In this document: positions 41,801-51,870 of the stretch, one piece after another
How positions within the stretch are numbered: the first letter of the stretch is position 1
Layout of the letters: the number at the start of each line of letters is the position of its first letter
NCBI GenBank assembly: GCA_022843745.1
Contig: JALHNB010000002.1
Coordinates: 224,044 to 288,043 of the forward strand
Direction of reading: 5' to 3'
From: Anaerolineae bacterium
GTDB taxonomy: Bacteria > Chloroflexota > Anaerolineae > Aggregatilineales > Phototrophicaceae
DNA length: 64,000 nucleotides
Position numbers and translations under genes: made by a program
The notes under the pieces: model-generated
The model's database searches: none
Told to the model about the DNA's origin: nothing
Seen by the model: only the letters and a program-made list of their open reading frames with translations

Positions 41801-43324
41801 CTATTTGTGCAGCCTCTCGTAGCGCCCGACCCATTTCCAGTTGCTCGTATCCCGCTTGGCTGGTGCGACCACCTGCGATGCCAGTTGGCGTTTGCGATGC
41901 GCGAAGATCGTCGCGGCTATTGCAGCGGATTCCAGATCGGCATCGGTTGGGCTGGCTTCATAGGTGTCCATGCTGAAGCGCTGCTCGACAAACATAGTGT
42001 CGATTTTTCCGGCGATGAAGCTGAAGCTGTTGAGCAGATTGATATGGAACGGGATGTTGTGTTTGACACCCATGATCTTGTATTCGGAGAGGGCGCGGCG
42101 CATCCGCAGCATTGCCTCAGCACGATCTTCGCCCCAGCAGATCATTTTGGCGATCATGCTGTCGTAGTAGGGGGTAATCTCGTAACCGCCATAAACGCCG
42201 CTATCTACGCGGACACCGGGGCCGGTGGGCGTGAGCAGCGTCGTGATCTGGCCTACAGACGGCAGGAAATTGTTGTACGGGTCTTCGGCGTTAATGCGGC
42301 ACTCAATAGCCCATCCTTTGGGGTTGAGGAAACTTTCGGTTGGCCCCATACGCCGACCACGTGCGATACGAATCTGCTCTTTGACCAGATCAATTCCAGT
42401 GACCAATTCAGTGACGGGGTGTTCGACCTGGAGGCGCGTATTCATCTCCAGAAAGTAGAAATTTTTATCCTCGTCAACCAGACATTCAATCGTCCCGGCG
42501 TTGACGTAACCGACGGACTCGGCAGCGGCAATCGCCATATCGCCCATGCGTCGGCGCAAATCGTCGTCCACGAAAACGCTCGGCGCTTCTTCGACCAGTT
42601 TTTGATGGCGGCGCTGAATCGAGCATTCGCGTTCGCCCAGGTGGATCGTGTTGCCATGCGTATCGGCGAGAATTTGAAATTCGATGTGACGCGCACCGAC
42701 GAGTAATTTTTCGAGATACACTTCGCCGTTGCCGAAAGCACTTTCAGCCTCGCGCCGCGCTGTCGCCAGCAGTTCCGGCAGGCTTTCGCGGTTGTTGACC
42801 GAGCGCATACCCTTGCCGCCCCCGCCGCCAGCCGCCTTGACCATCACCGGAAAGCCGATCTGTTCCGCAACCGCGAATAACTCATCGTCGCGTAATCCGG
42901 GTTCAGTGCCGGGAACAAGCGGCACACCACGTTTTTTCACGGCGGTACGCGCGGCCTGTTTATCGCCCATCGTAGCAATCGCGCTTGGTGATGGGCCGAT
43001 GAAAACGAGGCCTTCGTCCGCTACGGCCTGGGCGAAATCGGCATTTTCGGAAAGAAAGCCGTAGCCAGGATGGATTGCGTCCGCGCCAGTTTTCTTGGCG
43101 GCAGCGATAATTTTTTCCATGCGCAAATAGCTTTCGCGCGGGGCAGGCGCACCAATATTGACGGCTTCGTCGGCAAAGCGTACATGCAGCGCGGTGCGAT
43201 CCGCTTCAGAATAAACCGCAACCGTCGGGATGCCCAGATCGCGGCAGGCGCGAATGATGCGAACGGCAATTTCACCGCGATTCGCGATCAGAATTTTTTG
43301 AATTTTTGTCGTTGGCTCAGGCAT
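41801..43324 (-). CDS. accC: Biotin carboxylase subunit of acyl-CoA (propionyl/acetyl-CoA) carboxylase
   Basis: ATP-grasp fold; [28 protein letters not shown]-terminus; 507 aa. Confidence 0.9.
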   Translation of the reverse strand: MPEPTTKIQKILIANRGEIAVRIIRACRDLGIPTVAVYSEADRTALHVRFADEAVNIGAPAPRESYLRMEKIIAAAKKTGADAIHPGYGFLSENADFAQAVADEGLVFIGPSPSAIATMGDKQAARTAVKKRGVPLVPGTEPGLRDDELFAVAEQIGFPVMVKAAGGGGGKGMRSVNNRESLPELLATARREAESAFGNGEVYLEKLLVGARHIEFQILADTHGNTIHLGERECSIQRRHQKLVEEAPSVFVDDDLRRRMGDMAIAAAESVGYVNAGTIECLVDEDKNFYFLEMNTRLQVEHPVTELVTGIDLVKEQIRIARGRRMGPTESFLNPKGWAIECRINAEDPYNNFLPSVGQITTLLTPTGPGVRVDSGVYGGYEITPYYDSMIAKMICWGEDRAEAMLRMRRALSEYKIMGVKHNIPFHINLLNSFSFIAGKIDTMFVEQRFSMDTYEASPTDADLESAAIAATIFAHRKRQLASQVVAPAKRDTSNWKWVGRYERLHK

Positions 43325-43336
43325 TTCTTTGCACCT

Positions 43337-44902
43337 TTAGAGAGGGATATTGCCATGTTTGCGCGGCGGGTTTTCGTCACGCTTGTTCTGGAAAACTTCT
43401 AACCCGTTAATCAGACGCGCACGGGTATCACGCGGCTCGATCACGTCGTCGATAAAACCACGTTCGGCTGCGATGTAGGGGTTGGCAAATTTGTTGCGAT
43501 ATTCAGCGGCGAGTTCAGCTTTGCGGGCAACTGGATCGGCAGCCTCTTTTAGTTCACGCCGGAAAATGATCTCTACCGCGCCCTCTGACCCCATGACGGC
43601 GATTTCTGCCGTCGGCCAGGCCAGATTAAGATCACCTCGGATGTGTTTGCTGCTCATGACGCAGTATGCGCCGCCATACGCTTTGCGCGTGGTGACGGTC
43701 AATTTTGGCACGGTAGCTTCGCAATAGGCATAAACCAGCTTCGCGCCGGATGTGATAATGCCGTTGTATTCCTGATCGGTTCCAGGTAGGTAGCCGGGGA
43801 CATCGACAAATGTGATAATCGGGATGTTGAAAGCATCACAGGTGCGGATAAATCGGGCGGCTTTTTCGCTGGCTTTAATGTCCAGAACGCCTGCTAAAAT
43901 CATCGGTTGATTGCCGACGATACCGACACTGTGACCGCCCAGTCGCGCAAAGCCAACGACGATATTTTCGGCATAGTCCGCGTGAATCTCGAAAAAATGA
44001 CCGTCATCGACAATTTTGCGAATCACGTCCTTCATGTCGTAAGGTTTATTCGGATTATCGGGGATGATCGAATCGAGTTCAGCGTCTGCCCGCAGAGGAT
44101 CATCGGTGGAAGCATCGAACGGCGGGTCCTCCATGTTATTCGGTGGGAGATAGCTCAAAAGCTCACGCACGAGGAGCAGGGTTTCGGTTTCGTTTTCGCC
44201 GACCATGTGACATGCACCACTTTTTGTCGAGTGCATGGACGCGCCGCCGAGTTCCTCAAAGGTCACATCTTCGTGTGTTACCTGCTTGACGACATCTGGC
44301 CCGGTGATGAACATATAGCTGGTGTTTTTCACCATCAGCGTGAAATCGGTGAGAGCAGGGCTGTAAACTGCGCCGCCTGCACATGGTCCCATGATGACGC
44401 TAATCTGCGGCACGACACCGCTGGCGAGGGTATTGCGCAGGAAAATATCGGCATATCCACCCAGACTTTCTACACCTTCCTGGATACGTGCGCCGCCGCT
44501 GTCGTTAAGACCGATAACAGGCGCACCTGTTTTCATCGCCATTTCCATAATTTTGCAGATTTTTTTCGCGTGGGTTTCGCCTACAGCGCCGCCAACGACA
44601 GTAAAATCCTGCGAAAATACATAAACGAGTCGCCCATCTACCGTTCCCCAGCCTGTGACCACGCTGTCACCCATTGGACGATTGTTTTCCATACCAAAAT
44701 TGTGGCTGCGGTGGCGGGTAAAAGCATCGAGTTCGCGAAAGCTGCCAGGATCGAGGAGGATGTCCAGACGTTCACGGGCGGTGCTGCGCCCGGAATCGTG
44801 CTGACGCTGGATGCGCTCCTCGCCACCTCCCAGGCGGCCTTCTTCACGCATTGCGCGCAGCTCTTCGATTTTTGAGTTCATATTGTTATTGGTAACGGTC
44901 AT
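43337..44902 (-). CDS. Acyl-CoA carboxylase carboxyltransferase subunit (propionyl-CoA carboxylase beta / methylmalonyl-CoA carboxyltransferase)
   Basis: Carboxyltransferase motifs ([41 protein letters not shown]) in both N and C halves. Start placed at MTVTNNNM; the track ORF has a 116-codon spurious extension. Confidence 0.9.
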   Translation of the reverse strand: MTVTNNNMNSKIEELRAMREEGRLGGGEERIQRQHDSGRSTARERLDILLDPGSFRELDAFTRHRSHNFGMENNRPMGDSVVTGWGTVDGRLVYVFSQDFTVVGGAVGETHAKKICKIMEMAMKTGAPVIGLNDSGGARIQEGVESLGGYADIFLRNTLASGVVPQISVIMGPCAGGAVYSPALTDFTLMVKNTSYMFITGPDVVKQVTHEDVTFEELGGASMHSTKSGACHMVGENETETLLLVRELLSYLPPNNMEDPPFDASTDDPLRADAELDSIIPDNPNKPYDMKDVIRKIVDDGHFFEIHADYAENIVVGFARLGGHSVGIVGNQPMILAGVLDIKASEKAARFIRTCDAFNIPIITFVDVPGYLPGTDQEYNGIITSGAKLVYAYCEATVPKLTVTTRKAYGGAYCVMSSKHIRGDLNLAWPTAEIAVMGSEGAVEIIFRRELKEAADPVARKAELAAEYRNKFANPYIAAERGFIDDVIEPRDTRARLINGLEVFQNKRDENPPRKHGNIPL

Positions 44903-45300
44903 TGATTTTCTCCGTTTGTTGATCGACGCAGCAAGTAGGCCACTGTCATGAGCAGAATAATGGCATTTGTGATGAATAAAAAAGGCAGTCTTTGTTGGTC
45001 GTAATCGGCTTGCGCGAATAATAATAGACGAGCCGTACTGTAAATTATAAATCCAATGATTGCCAGGATAATATAGCGTCGAGCATCTGCTTCTAATCTT
45101 ATCAGCTTCAGGGTACACAGCGCAAAAAGCAATGCCCAAAAGCCACTGGCAATAAATTCCAGCGGTAGGGGTAAGCTGATTTTTTCCGCGAGATCGGCGG
45201 GTACTTGCAGAGCGCGTATCGCTGCGCCAAATTGAAACAACATGAGGCAAGCGGTCAAAAAAATCAGCCGCCGGGGGCGACGTGGGAATGTTTGTGTCAT
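44899..45300 (-). CDS. Small membrane protein, unknown function
   Basis: 4 predicted TM helices. Its stop overlaps the carboxyltransferase start (ATGA). Confidence 0.45.
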   Translation of the reverse strand: MTQTFPRRPRRLIFLTACLMLFQFGAAIRALQVPADLAEKISLPLPLEFIASGFWALLFALCTLKLIRLEADARRYIILAIIGFIIYSTARLLLFAQADYDQQRLPFLFITNAIILLMTVAYLLRRSTNGENQ

Positions 45301-45322
45301 TATTGGGAGCTTATAACCTGGG

Positions 45323-46060
45323 CTAAGGCGTAATACCGAAACGGTTGAGCAGTTCGACAATCGCATTGTTGTAGCCGAGCGTACTTTCTTCGATCACGCG
45401 GATCGTATGTGTCCCACTCAATGCGGTATCAATCAGCGTGGGCAGATTCCATGCCCCACGTTCATATTTAAACCCATTGTGCCAGATCGGAATAATCGTC
45501 AGGCCAGCTTCCAACGCCCAGCTAATCTCCTGAGTCGCGACTGTGGAATTCAGCGTTTCCTTACCGAGCAGCGAAATGAAATAATCGTATTTCTGGATGC
45601 GCTCTTTCAGCCCGGCCTGCCAATCTTCACCCGGTACAAGCGATACATCGAGAAATGGTTCCAGCCCTTCCGCCTTTAGCCGCGCCAGAACGAGCAGGGC
45701 AAAAGCGCTGCTCTCGCTGCGTTTGTAAGAGATGAAAATCGTAGCCGATTCGACTTCTTCAAGCAGGTCGAACGCAGATTTATTAATCACAAAGCTATTG
45801 GTATCCAGAGTGACATAACCGTTGCTGAGCAGAAGCGCGATACGCGGCGGCTTATCGTTCCATCGTCGCGTATTGTATTCCATGACCTGGCGCTGGTTGA
45901 TTTCGCCCCGAAACGTACTGATATAGGTATCCCACACACCTTCGACAGCGCCCTCCGCCAATTCCTTCGCGAGTGTGCGGACACGCGCGAGTGGGTTATT
46001 GGGCAGCGGCCTCTGGGAAACTTTTTCGATGAACGTTTCGAGTGATGTTTGCTCGCTCAA
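45323..46060 (-). CDS. TIR-domain protein (N-terminal unknown domain plus C-terminal TIR)
   Basis: ATIFISYKRSESSAFA...DYFISLLGKETLNS matches the bacterial TIR (TIR_2-like) core. Confidence 0.65.
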   Translation of the reverse strand: MSEQTSLETFIEKVSQRPLPNNPLARVRTLAKELAEGAVEGVWDTYISTFRGEINQRQVMEYNTRRWNDKPPRIALLLSNGYVTLDTNSFVINKSAFDLLEEVESATIFISYKRSESSAFALLVLARLKAEGLEPFLDVSLVPGEDWQAGLKERIQKYDYFISLLGKETLNSTVATQEISWALEAGLTIIPIWHNGFKYERGAWNLPTLIDTALSGTHTIRVIEESTLGYNNAIVELLNRFGITP

Positions 46061-46071
46061 GTTTGCCTCGT

Positions 46072-46962
46072 TTAGGGAATCTGCTTTGCACGAATTTCAG
46101 AAAGTCGGTTTTTGATGCGTTCCTGATCCGGTTTGCTATAAGTATCCATATGCACCGGGTCTGTAGCATAATCTACAACTGAAAGAAAAAAACGTGAACT
46201 TTCGAATGTCCGATTATAGACATCGCCAAATCTTATTCTCACGACATCTGCTCCAGCCAATGGAATATCGAGGATGGGCAAAGCCTGATCGACATGAATT
46301 GCGTAGATGGCTGTTTTGCCTTCTTCAAATGTAGGGCGTGGATCAGTAACGATAATCATGTAGGGGAATGAGTCTTTGCCTTTTGGGTATCTTGGCAGCT
46401 TGTAAATAATCGGTGCTGTCTGATGTAAATAGTCAATCTCTACCAGCCGTAGGCCGCTTTTCAGTGTTTGCAGCCGTTTGAGAATATACTGTTCATAATG
46501 CGTTCCGCCGGGTTTGTTGGCTGGCGACAGCAGCTCAATGCGCGTGATAGGTCTTCCTAAAAAGCTGCCTTCTCCGGCCTGATATATAATTAACCCTGTG
46601 AGCGTTTCTTCTTCCTTGAGCGTCTCAGGAAGTGGTAAAACCAGCGTTGGACTACTCGTTTCTTCAGCAATCATCAAGTCAGTCTGCCCAGTTATGGTAG
46701 GGTTACGATAAATTGTGACATCCGGTGTCGTGCGTGCTCGTGTTTCAAGGCCTGTTCCAGCGTCAAATTCACCAATTTGCAGAGACGTTTCCGAAAGTGT
46801 GAAATAACCACGCGGCAAGTTAATGTCCATGGTCTCACGCAGGCGAACAATATATTCAGCATGAAAACTCTGCCAGATACTCGTGCCGGGGTCGTTCTGC
46901 AAAATGCTGTTTAAATGAATGTTAATACCTGGATATAAATTGCGCTCGGAATAGATCATCAC
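46072..46962 (-). CDS. DUF4058-family protein (PD-(D/E)XK nuclease-like)
   Basis: TRIELLSPANK motif. Paralog of 55204-56055 (IEVISPRNK). Confidence 0.6.
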   Translation of the reverse strand: MMIYSERNLYPGINIHLNSILQNDPGTSIWQSFHAEYIVRLRETMDINLPRGYFTLSETSLQIGEFDAGTGLETRARTTPDVTIYRNPTITGQTDLMIAEETSSPTLVLPLPETLKEEETLTGLIIYQAGEGSFLGRPITRIELLSPANKPGGTHYEQYILKRLQTLKSGLRLVEIDYLHQTAPIIYKLPRYPKGKDSFPYMIIVTDPRPTFEEGKTAIYAIHVDQALPILDIPLAGADVVRIRFGDVYNRTFESSRFFLSVVDYATDPVHMDTYSKPDQERIKNRLSEIRAKQIP

Positions 46963-47016
46963 ATATCCTCTTGCCTCTTCAATCCATTATAACTTAGAGC
47001 GCAGGCTGCGAAGGAA

Positions 47017-47886
47017 TCAGATCACCTCAATCGCCCAACTGGTCGTCATGCTTTGTCCCGGCTCAAGCCACAGCGCGGTGTCAATTTCCAGCGCTTTTTC
47101 GATGCCACCTCCCCAGGTATTAGTGCAGGGTAGCAGCGAACCGACATACTCGTTGATCTCCGGATTAAAGTGAAACCAAACCCAGATATATTTCATAAAT
47201 GTGGGATCGAATTTGAATTGGATGCCTGTGTCGAGTTTGGGGTTAAAAATTTCGATAAGTCCTGAGCTATCCTGTGCCGCATCACCCAAATCCACCAGCT
47301 TTTCAGTTCTGTCTGGCAGCGTTTGAATGATCTTATCACCAATTTTGATAACCGTTCCTTCATCAAACAGGGGATAGCCATGATAAGGATGTAAGCCATA
47401 GATAAAAGGGATACGCTCACCCGTATCGAGACTGTTAAAAATTTCGTCTGTTACAGTGATTCTGGGTGAATCGCTGTCGAGTTTAAGCACCCGACGGATG
47501 CCCAGCGGCATATTGCGCGAATGTCCAGTGAGATGAATGGTATCGCCGTCAATCTGATATTCCCAGGCAACGTGGCGAACATCGCCGTGAAATTCATATT
47601 TTGCGCCGTCCAGATCAGCAGGTGTAGCAGCGTTGGGGAACATGGTATAAAAGCCGCAAAAGAAATAGTCTTCTGGCGCTCGTACTGTCTCATTCAGGAC
47701 ATCGGCTTCAAAATTCTGTATTTCGCCCTGCTTCAGATACAAATAATCGAGGCCAGTCTGTTTATTCCGAATGCGATGAATTTCCGCGCCGCGCCCAGGG
47801 AGCACGACGACCTCGATATACTCGTTTTCCAGGATGATCGCTTGCAGATGATTCAGCCATGTTGTTTCACGAATCTGGATAGTCAA
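47017..47886 (-). CDS. Aldose-1-epimerase/mutarotase-like (DUF4432-like) protein
   Basis: Beta-sandwich mutarotase-like motifs (GLHPYHGYPLFDEG, GGGIEKALE). TTG start overlaps the stop of the upstream repeat miniprotein. Confidence 0.55.
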   Translation of the reverse strand: MTIQIRETTWLNHLQAIILENEYIEVVVLPGRGAEIHRIRNKQTGLDYLYLKQGEIQNFEADVLNETVRAPEDYFFCGFYTMFPNAATPADLDGAKYEFHGDVRHVAWEYQIDGDTIHLTGHSRNMPLGIRRVLKLDSDSPRITVTDEIFNSLDTGERIPFIYGLHPYHGYPLFDEGTVIKIGDKIIQTLPDRTEKLVDLGDAAQDSSGLIEIFNPKLDTGIQFKFDPTFMKYIWVWFHFNPEINEYVGSLLPCTNTWGGGIEKALEIDTALWLEPGQSMTTSWAIEVI

Positions 47887-48197
47887 TTGGACATATGCTC
47901 CGGGCGGTAAATAGGATTTTGGAAGTTGAGTCGGGTATTTTTCATGCCGATCATTCGCAGGGGGTTGTTAACTCTTTTGAAGGATAAGAACGCGAAAATG
48001 CTAAGAGCGCTGAAAATACAGCCGATGCTTAAAATGCTGCCTGTGCTGGCAATGGAAAGGATACTACCACTACTCGCAATCGAGAGGATGCTGCCCGTGC
48101 TGCCGATAGAGAGAATACTTCCGCTGCTGCCAATCGAGAGGATGCTGCCAACGCTGCCGATACTGTTTTTGCTGGCATAACTCCACTTCGCTGTCAT
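47883..48197 (-). CDS. Repeat miniprotein: six 9-aa repeats G-S-I-L-S-I-[GA]-S-[ST], then a hydrophobic tail
   Basis: In-operon orientation. Its TGA overlaps the TTG start of the downstream gene. The opposite-strand ORF (47926-48180) is an alternative reading of the same repeat. Confidence 0.4.
   Translation of the reverse strand: MTAKWSYASKNSIGSVGSILSIGSSGSILSIGSTGSILSIASSGSILSIASTGSILSIGCIFSALSIFAFLSFKRVNNPLRMIGMKNTRLNFQNPIYRPEHMSN
48040..48180. repeat. 27-nt tandem repeat, about 5-6 copies (coding minisatellite)
   Basis: Unit atcgagaggatgctgcc(c/a)(g/a)(t/c)gctgccg, repeated head-to-tail. Confidence 0.7.
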
Positions 48198-48238
48198 GCG
48201 CTTGCTCCTTAGATACTCAGGGTAGGACGGTATCGTGC

Positions 48239-49915
48239 TTAGATGCTCACGGTAGGACGATATTCGCCGAACACGCCGCGCAGTGTATGGCAGATTTCAC
48301 CGAGTGTCACATCATTTTCGACACAGGTCACGAACAGTGGCATCAAGTTGTCATCTCCGCGTGCCGCTTTTTCCAACTGACCGCGCAATTCCGCCACTTT
48401 GTTATTATCGCGTCTGGTGCGCAGGTCAGCGAGTTTCTGGCGCTGCGCCGCTTCCATCGCCGGATCAACGCGCAAAATATCGGGTACGGTTTCTTCATCA
48501 ACTGTGAATTTGTTCACGCCGACGATGATCTGCTCGTCTTTTTCGACAGCTTTCAGATAGGCGTAGGCGGCATCCTGAATTTCGCTCTGGATAAATCCCT
48601 GCTCGATAGCGGGCATCGCGCCGCCCAGCGCGTCAATCTGCTGAATATAGGCTTCCGCACGTTGAAAAATTTCACTCGTGAGTGATTCGATCAGATAACT
48701 GCCTGCCAACGGGTCTACACTGTCGGCGACTCCGGTTTCATAGGCGATGATTTGCTGGGTACGCAGCGCGACCTGTACAGCATCCTGTGTTGGTAGGGCT
48801 AATGCTTCATCCTTGCTATTGGTGTGCAACGATTGTGTGCCGCCCAAGACTGCTGCCAATGCCTGGAGCGCGACCCGCACGACATTATTGTCCGGTTGCT
48901 GGGCAGTGAGCGTGCTGCCACCCGTCTGGGTATGGAATTTCAGGCGCATACTTTCGACATTTTTTGCGCCAAAGCGTTCGCGCATAATCTTCGCCCAGAG
49001 TTTGCGGGCGGCACGAAATTTGGCAATTTCTTCGAGAAAATTGTTGTGCGCGTTGAAAAAAAATGAAAGCTGCGGCGCGAAATCGTCCACGCTGAGTCCG
49101 GCATCAATCGCCGCTTGCACATAAGCGATGCCGTTTGCCAGCGTGAAGGCAACTTCCTGCACGGCGGTACTGCCCGCCTCGCGGATGTGATAGCCGCTGA
49201 TGCTGATAGTATTCCAGGCGGGAACGCTGGTTTTGCAATAGGCGAATAAATCCGTAATGAGGCGCATGGACGGCTTGGGCGGGAAAATATAGGTTCCACG
49301 CGCGATATATTCCTTGAGGATGTCATTTTGCACCGTGCCGCGCAGTTTTGATTCTTCGACTCCCTGACGCTTGCCGACGGCGATATACATCGCCAGTAGA
49401 ATCGCGGCGGGGGCGTTAATCGTCATGCTGGTCGAGACTATATCAAGTGGAATCTGGTCAAAAAGACGCGCCATATCATGAACGCTGCTGATGCTCACGC
49501 CAACTTTGCCGACTTCGCCCTCGGCCATCGGATCGTCGGCATCGTAGCCGATCTGCGTGGGCAAGTCGAAGGCGACGGAGAGGCCACTTTGCCCCTGGTC
49601 GAGCAGAAAGCGATAACGCGCGTTGGATTCTTCGGCGCTGGCATATCCGGCATATTGTCGCATCGTCCAGAATCGCCCGCGATACATCGTTGGCTGTACA
49701 CCACGTGTGAAGGGGTATTCACCCGGAAAGCCCAATTCTGTTTCGTAATCGCCCGGTATATCGTCCGGCGTGTATAACCGCTTCAGAGGGATGTCTGAGG
49801 AGGTCGTAAATTCAGGCTGTCGTTCGGGGAAGCGCTTTAGATTCGGCTCAACCTTTGTTTCTTCCCACTGGCGTTTAGCGTCTTTGAGTTTCGATTTTGT
49901 AGTTGGTAGGGTCAT
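48239..49915 (-). CDS. Methylmalonyl-CoA mutase-family catalytic subunit, second paralog, no B12-binding domain
   Basis: 558 aa, collinear with 34465-36138 ([24 protein letters not shown]...). Confidence 0.9.
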   Translation of the reverse strand: MTLPTTKSKLKDAKRQWEETKVEPNLKRFPERQPEFTTSSDIPLKRLYTPDDIPGDYETELGFPGEYPFTRGVQPTMYRGRFWTMRQYAGYASAEESNARYRFLLDQGQSGLSVAFDLPTQIGYDADDPMAEGEVGKVGVSISSVHDMARLFDQIPLDIVSTSMTINAPAAILLAMYIAVGKRQGVEESKLRGTVQNDILKEYIARGTYIFPPKPSMRLITDLFAYCKTSVPAWNTISISGYHIREAGSTAVQEVAFTLANGIAYVQAAIDAGLSVDDFAPQLSFFFNAHNNFLEEIAKFRAARKLWAKIMRERFGAKNVESMRLKFHTQTGGSTLTAQQPDNNVVRVALQALAAVLGGTQSLHTNSKDEALALPTQDAVQVALRTQQIIAYETGVADSVDPLAGSYLIESLTSEIFQRAEAYIQQIDALGGAMPAIEQGFIQSEIQDAAYAYLKAVEKDEQIIVGVNKFTVDEETVPDILRVDPAMEAAQRQKLADLRTRRDNNKVAELRGQLEKAARGDDNLMPLFVTCVENDVTLGEICHTLRGVFGEYRPTVSI

Positions 49916-49931
49916 TAAGTGTTCCTAGTGT

Positions 49932-51206
49932 CTATTCTCTTGGGTGAGTGATTGTAATATCAACATCAAATTCACCTTCATTATCCCAATACATTTCTTT
50001 GCTGTCGTTAACAGCTAAGTGCAGAAAACCTTCTTCACGTTGAATAAGTGTTTTTCTGAATTGACTACCTACAAAAAATGCTTGTTTTATGGCCGTTTTA
50101 TCTGTGCCAATCCAGCCGAAGAGCGTACCCGTGACACCATAATTTCCAGTTGTTGGAGTGAGATATCCTTGCATTTCGTAGGCTTCTGTATTGCTGTAGA
50201 AGGCTAGTACAGAGTTGTCATCTGGATGAGGGTATAAACCATCAGGGGTTATCTTAAATTTGTTGCTATCATTAGAAATTGTACCACTGGCGTTGATCTC
50301 TACCTCATCGCCAGGTATAAGCAAGATACCTGTATTACATAGATGTCTATTTGTATCATCTTTCGGCTCGATAGTCGCAGGAACTTTAAGCGTAATCGTT
50401 ATACCTTCACCAGACGGAGAGATTTTGTGTTTTGACCACAGCGAGTTTGGGGCTACTAAAGGAGTATCTTCACTTGGGCGGATAACAGATGCCAAAATGG
50501 AAACAATCTCGACTACGGTAGGTTCGGAGTTCACTGGGCTGAACTGAAAGTGTTTAAGTTCTTTTGGATATCTGTGTAATTTATGATCTAAAGGAATGAT
50601 TGATTTATGATGAAACCAAGCCTCGCTTAATTCGATACGGCAATAAATCGATTCGAGGCTTTCACGAGAAACAAGATATATGAAATTGTCACACTCTCTA
50701 ATTTGGTCAACAATTCTATCCCACCATTGCTGACCACCGCGAAGCTCTTTGTCAAACCATACCTTTTCGTATCCAAACACTTGTCTCAGATAGTCAGCAA
50801 TTCTATGAGTTAGTTGAGTATCATAGCGACTGTAACTAATGAAAATCATAGGAAGTTTTATATCAGGTTTACCGAAAGTGTTGGGAAACACAAAACTTCC
50901 ATCAACGTGATCTTGTAAATTCTGACTGAGTTGAACACTCCACTTTCTGCCGCTACCATTGTTATGCTCCACAATTGAAATCAGGCCATTATTGGCTAAA
51001 TCTTGTAGGGAACCTATGGAAGGGGATACAAAATCATCGGAATGAATACCCAATCCATTTGCAAGAGATATTGAAGTTTCATTACCAGCAGTTACATCTA
51101 TAAGCTCAAAGTATAGATCAATCACTCTGTCATTTTTTGCTTTCACAAGGTATTTTGCAGCTTCTTCAGCTTCAGGTGTGAGTGACATATTCGTTCCCAT
51201 AAACAC
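49932..51206 (-). CDS. Three-part TIR-domain protein (unknown N-domain, central TIR, C-terminal beta-rich domain)
   Basis: Central MIFISYSRYDTQLTHRIADYL...CDNFIYLVSRESLES...ELSEA TIR core. Flanking 115-aa N-terminal and about 180-aa C-terminal domains are unassigned. Confidence 0.65.
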   Translation of the reverse strand: MFMGTNMSLTPEAEEAAKYLVKAKNDRVIDLYFELIDVTAGNETSISLANGLGIHSDDFVSPSIGSLQDLANNGLISIVEHNNGSGRKWSVQLSQNLQDHVDGSFVFPNTFGKPDIKLPMIFISYSRYDTQLTHRIADYLRQVFGYEKVWFDKELRGGQQWWDRIVDQIRECDNFIYLVSRESLESIYCRIELSEAWFHHKSIIPLDHKLHRYPKELKHFQFSPVNSEPTVVEIVSILASVIRPSEDTPLVAPNSLWSKHKISPSGEGITITLKVPATIEPKDDTNRHLCNTGILLIPGDEVEINASGTISNDSNKFKITPDGLYPHPDDNSVLAFYSNTEAYEMQGYLTPTTGNYGVTGTLFGWIGTDKTAIKQAFFVGSQFRKTLIQREEGFLHLAVNDSKEMYWDNEGEFDVDITITHPRE

Positions 51207-51240
51207 AAATCAGTTGAAGTGATTGATGTGAGCTTAATTG

Positions 51241-51870
51241 CTAGTTCTCTACTTCTTGGGAATTGGATAAATTACTAGAGTGAAAAGCGCTTTCCGGCAC
51301 ATCCATCCCCGCGAAATTGGCAAAGGTCAGATCGTTGAATTCCAGATTCAGGTTCTGGCGCACAAAGTCGAACAGCGACACATAACCTGAAGGGAAACGC
51401 GGTGCTTCTGATAATTGCAGCCGGGTGATAATTTTCTCAATTGCCTTGTGATCGCCTTCGATTTCGACAAAATTGCCATACGGGAGTTCGTCCAGCACAA
51501 TTTCCGTCTCGTCGAGTTCGTAGGTGGTACGGTACTTTTCATACGTCATATGAGGGAAATAACCCAGATGTGCCAGAATCGTTTCCATCGTGTCAAAATC
51601 GCTGACCTCAACCTCGGCTTCATAGCGGCTGGTGATGTCATCTTGCACTTCTTTACCTGATTTGTACGTCAGGCGCACACGGCTGTCCCGGCGCAAGCGC
51701 ACCACAATACCTTCGGTACTAAGCGTTTTCTCGGCATTTTCATAGCGCACGTTGCGTTCATAAACACGCGGTGCGGTCAGCTTTGCGCCGACGCGATCCA
51801 GGCGCGTCTGCACGATTTCCAGATAGGGGACGTAGAGCTTAACTTCAGTTTCGGTATGTTCTTGGGTCAT
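51241..51870 (-). CDS. CYTH-domain protein (triphosphate tunnel metalloenzyme; CyaB/triphosphatase-like)
   Basis: ETEVKLYV ... GIVVRLRR ... ELDE motifs of the CYTH fold; 209 aa. Confidence 0.7.
   Translation of the reverse strand: MTQEHTETEVKLYVPYLEIVQTRLDRVGAKLTAPRVYERNVRYENAEKTLSTEGIVVRLRRDSRVRLTYKSGKEVQDDITSRYEAEVEVSDFDTMETILAHLGYFPHMTYEKYRTTYELDETEIVLDELPYGNFVEIEGDHKAIEKIITRLQLSEAPRFPSGYVSLFDFVRQNLNLEFNDLTFANFAGMDVPESAFHSSNLSNSQEVEN

Noticed and set aside
44903-45250. N-terminal 116-codon extension of the carboxyltransferase ORF (also extensions of lpdA, hisS, flotillin, CHAD, csoR and rplT ORFs)
   Set aside because: Conserved family N-termini begin at internal Met codons with RBS-like sequences. 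The upstream portions are hydrophilic or odd and overlap neighbouring genes.
48040-48180. Possible CRISPR or non-coding tandem array
   Set aside because: The units are head-to-tail 27-nt repeats with no spacers, open in frame and translationally coupled to the downstream gene. This is a coding minisatellite.
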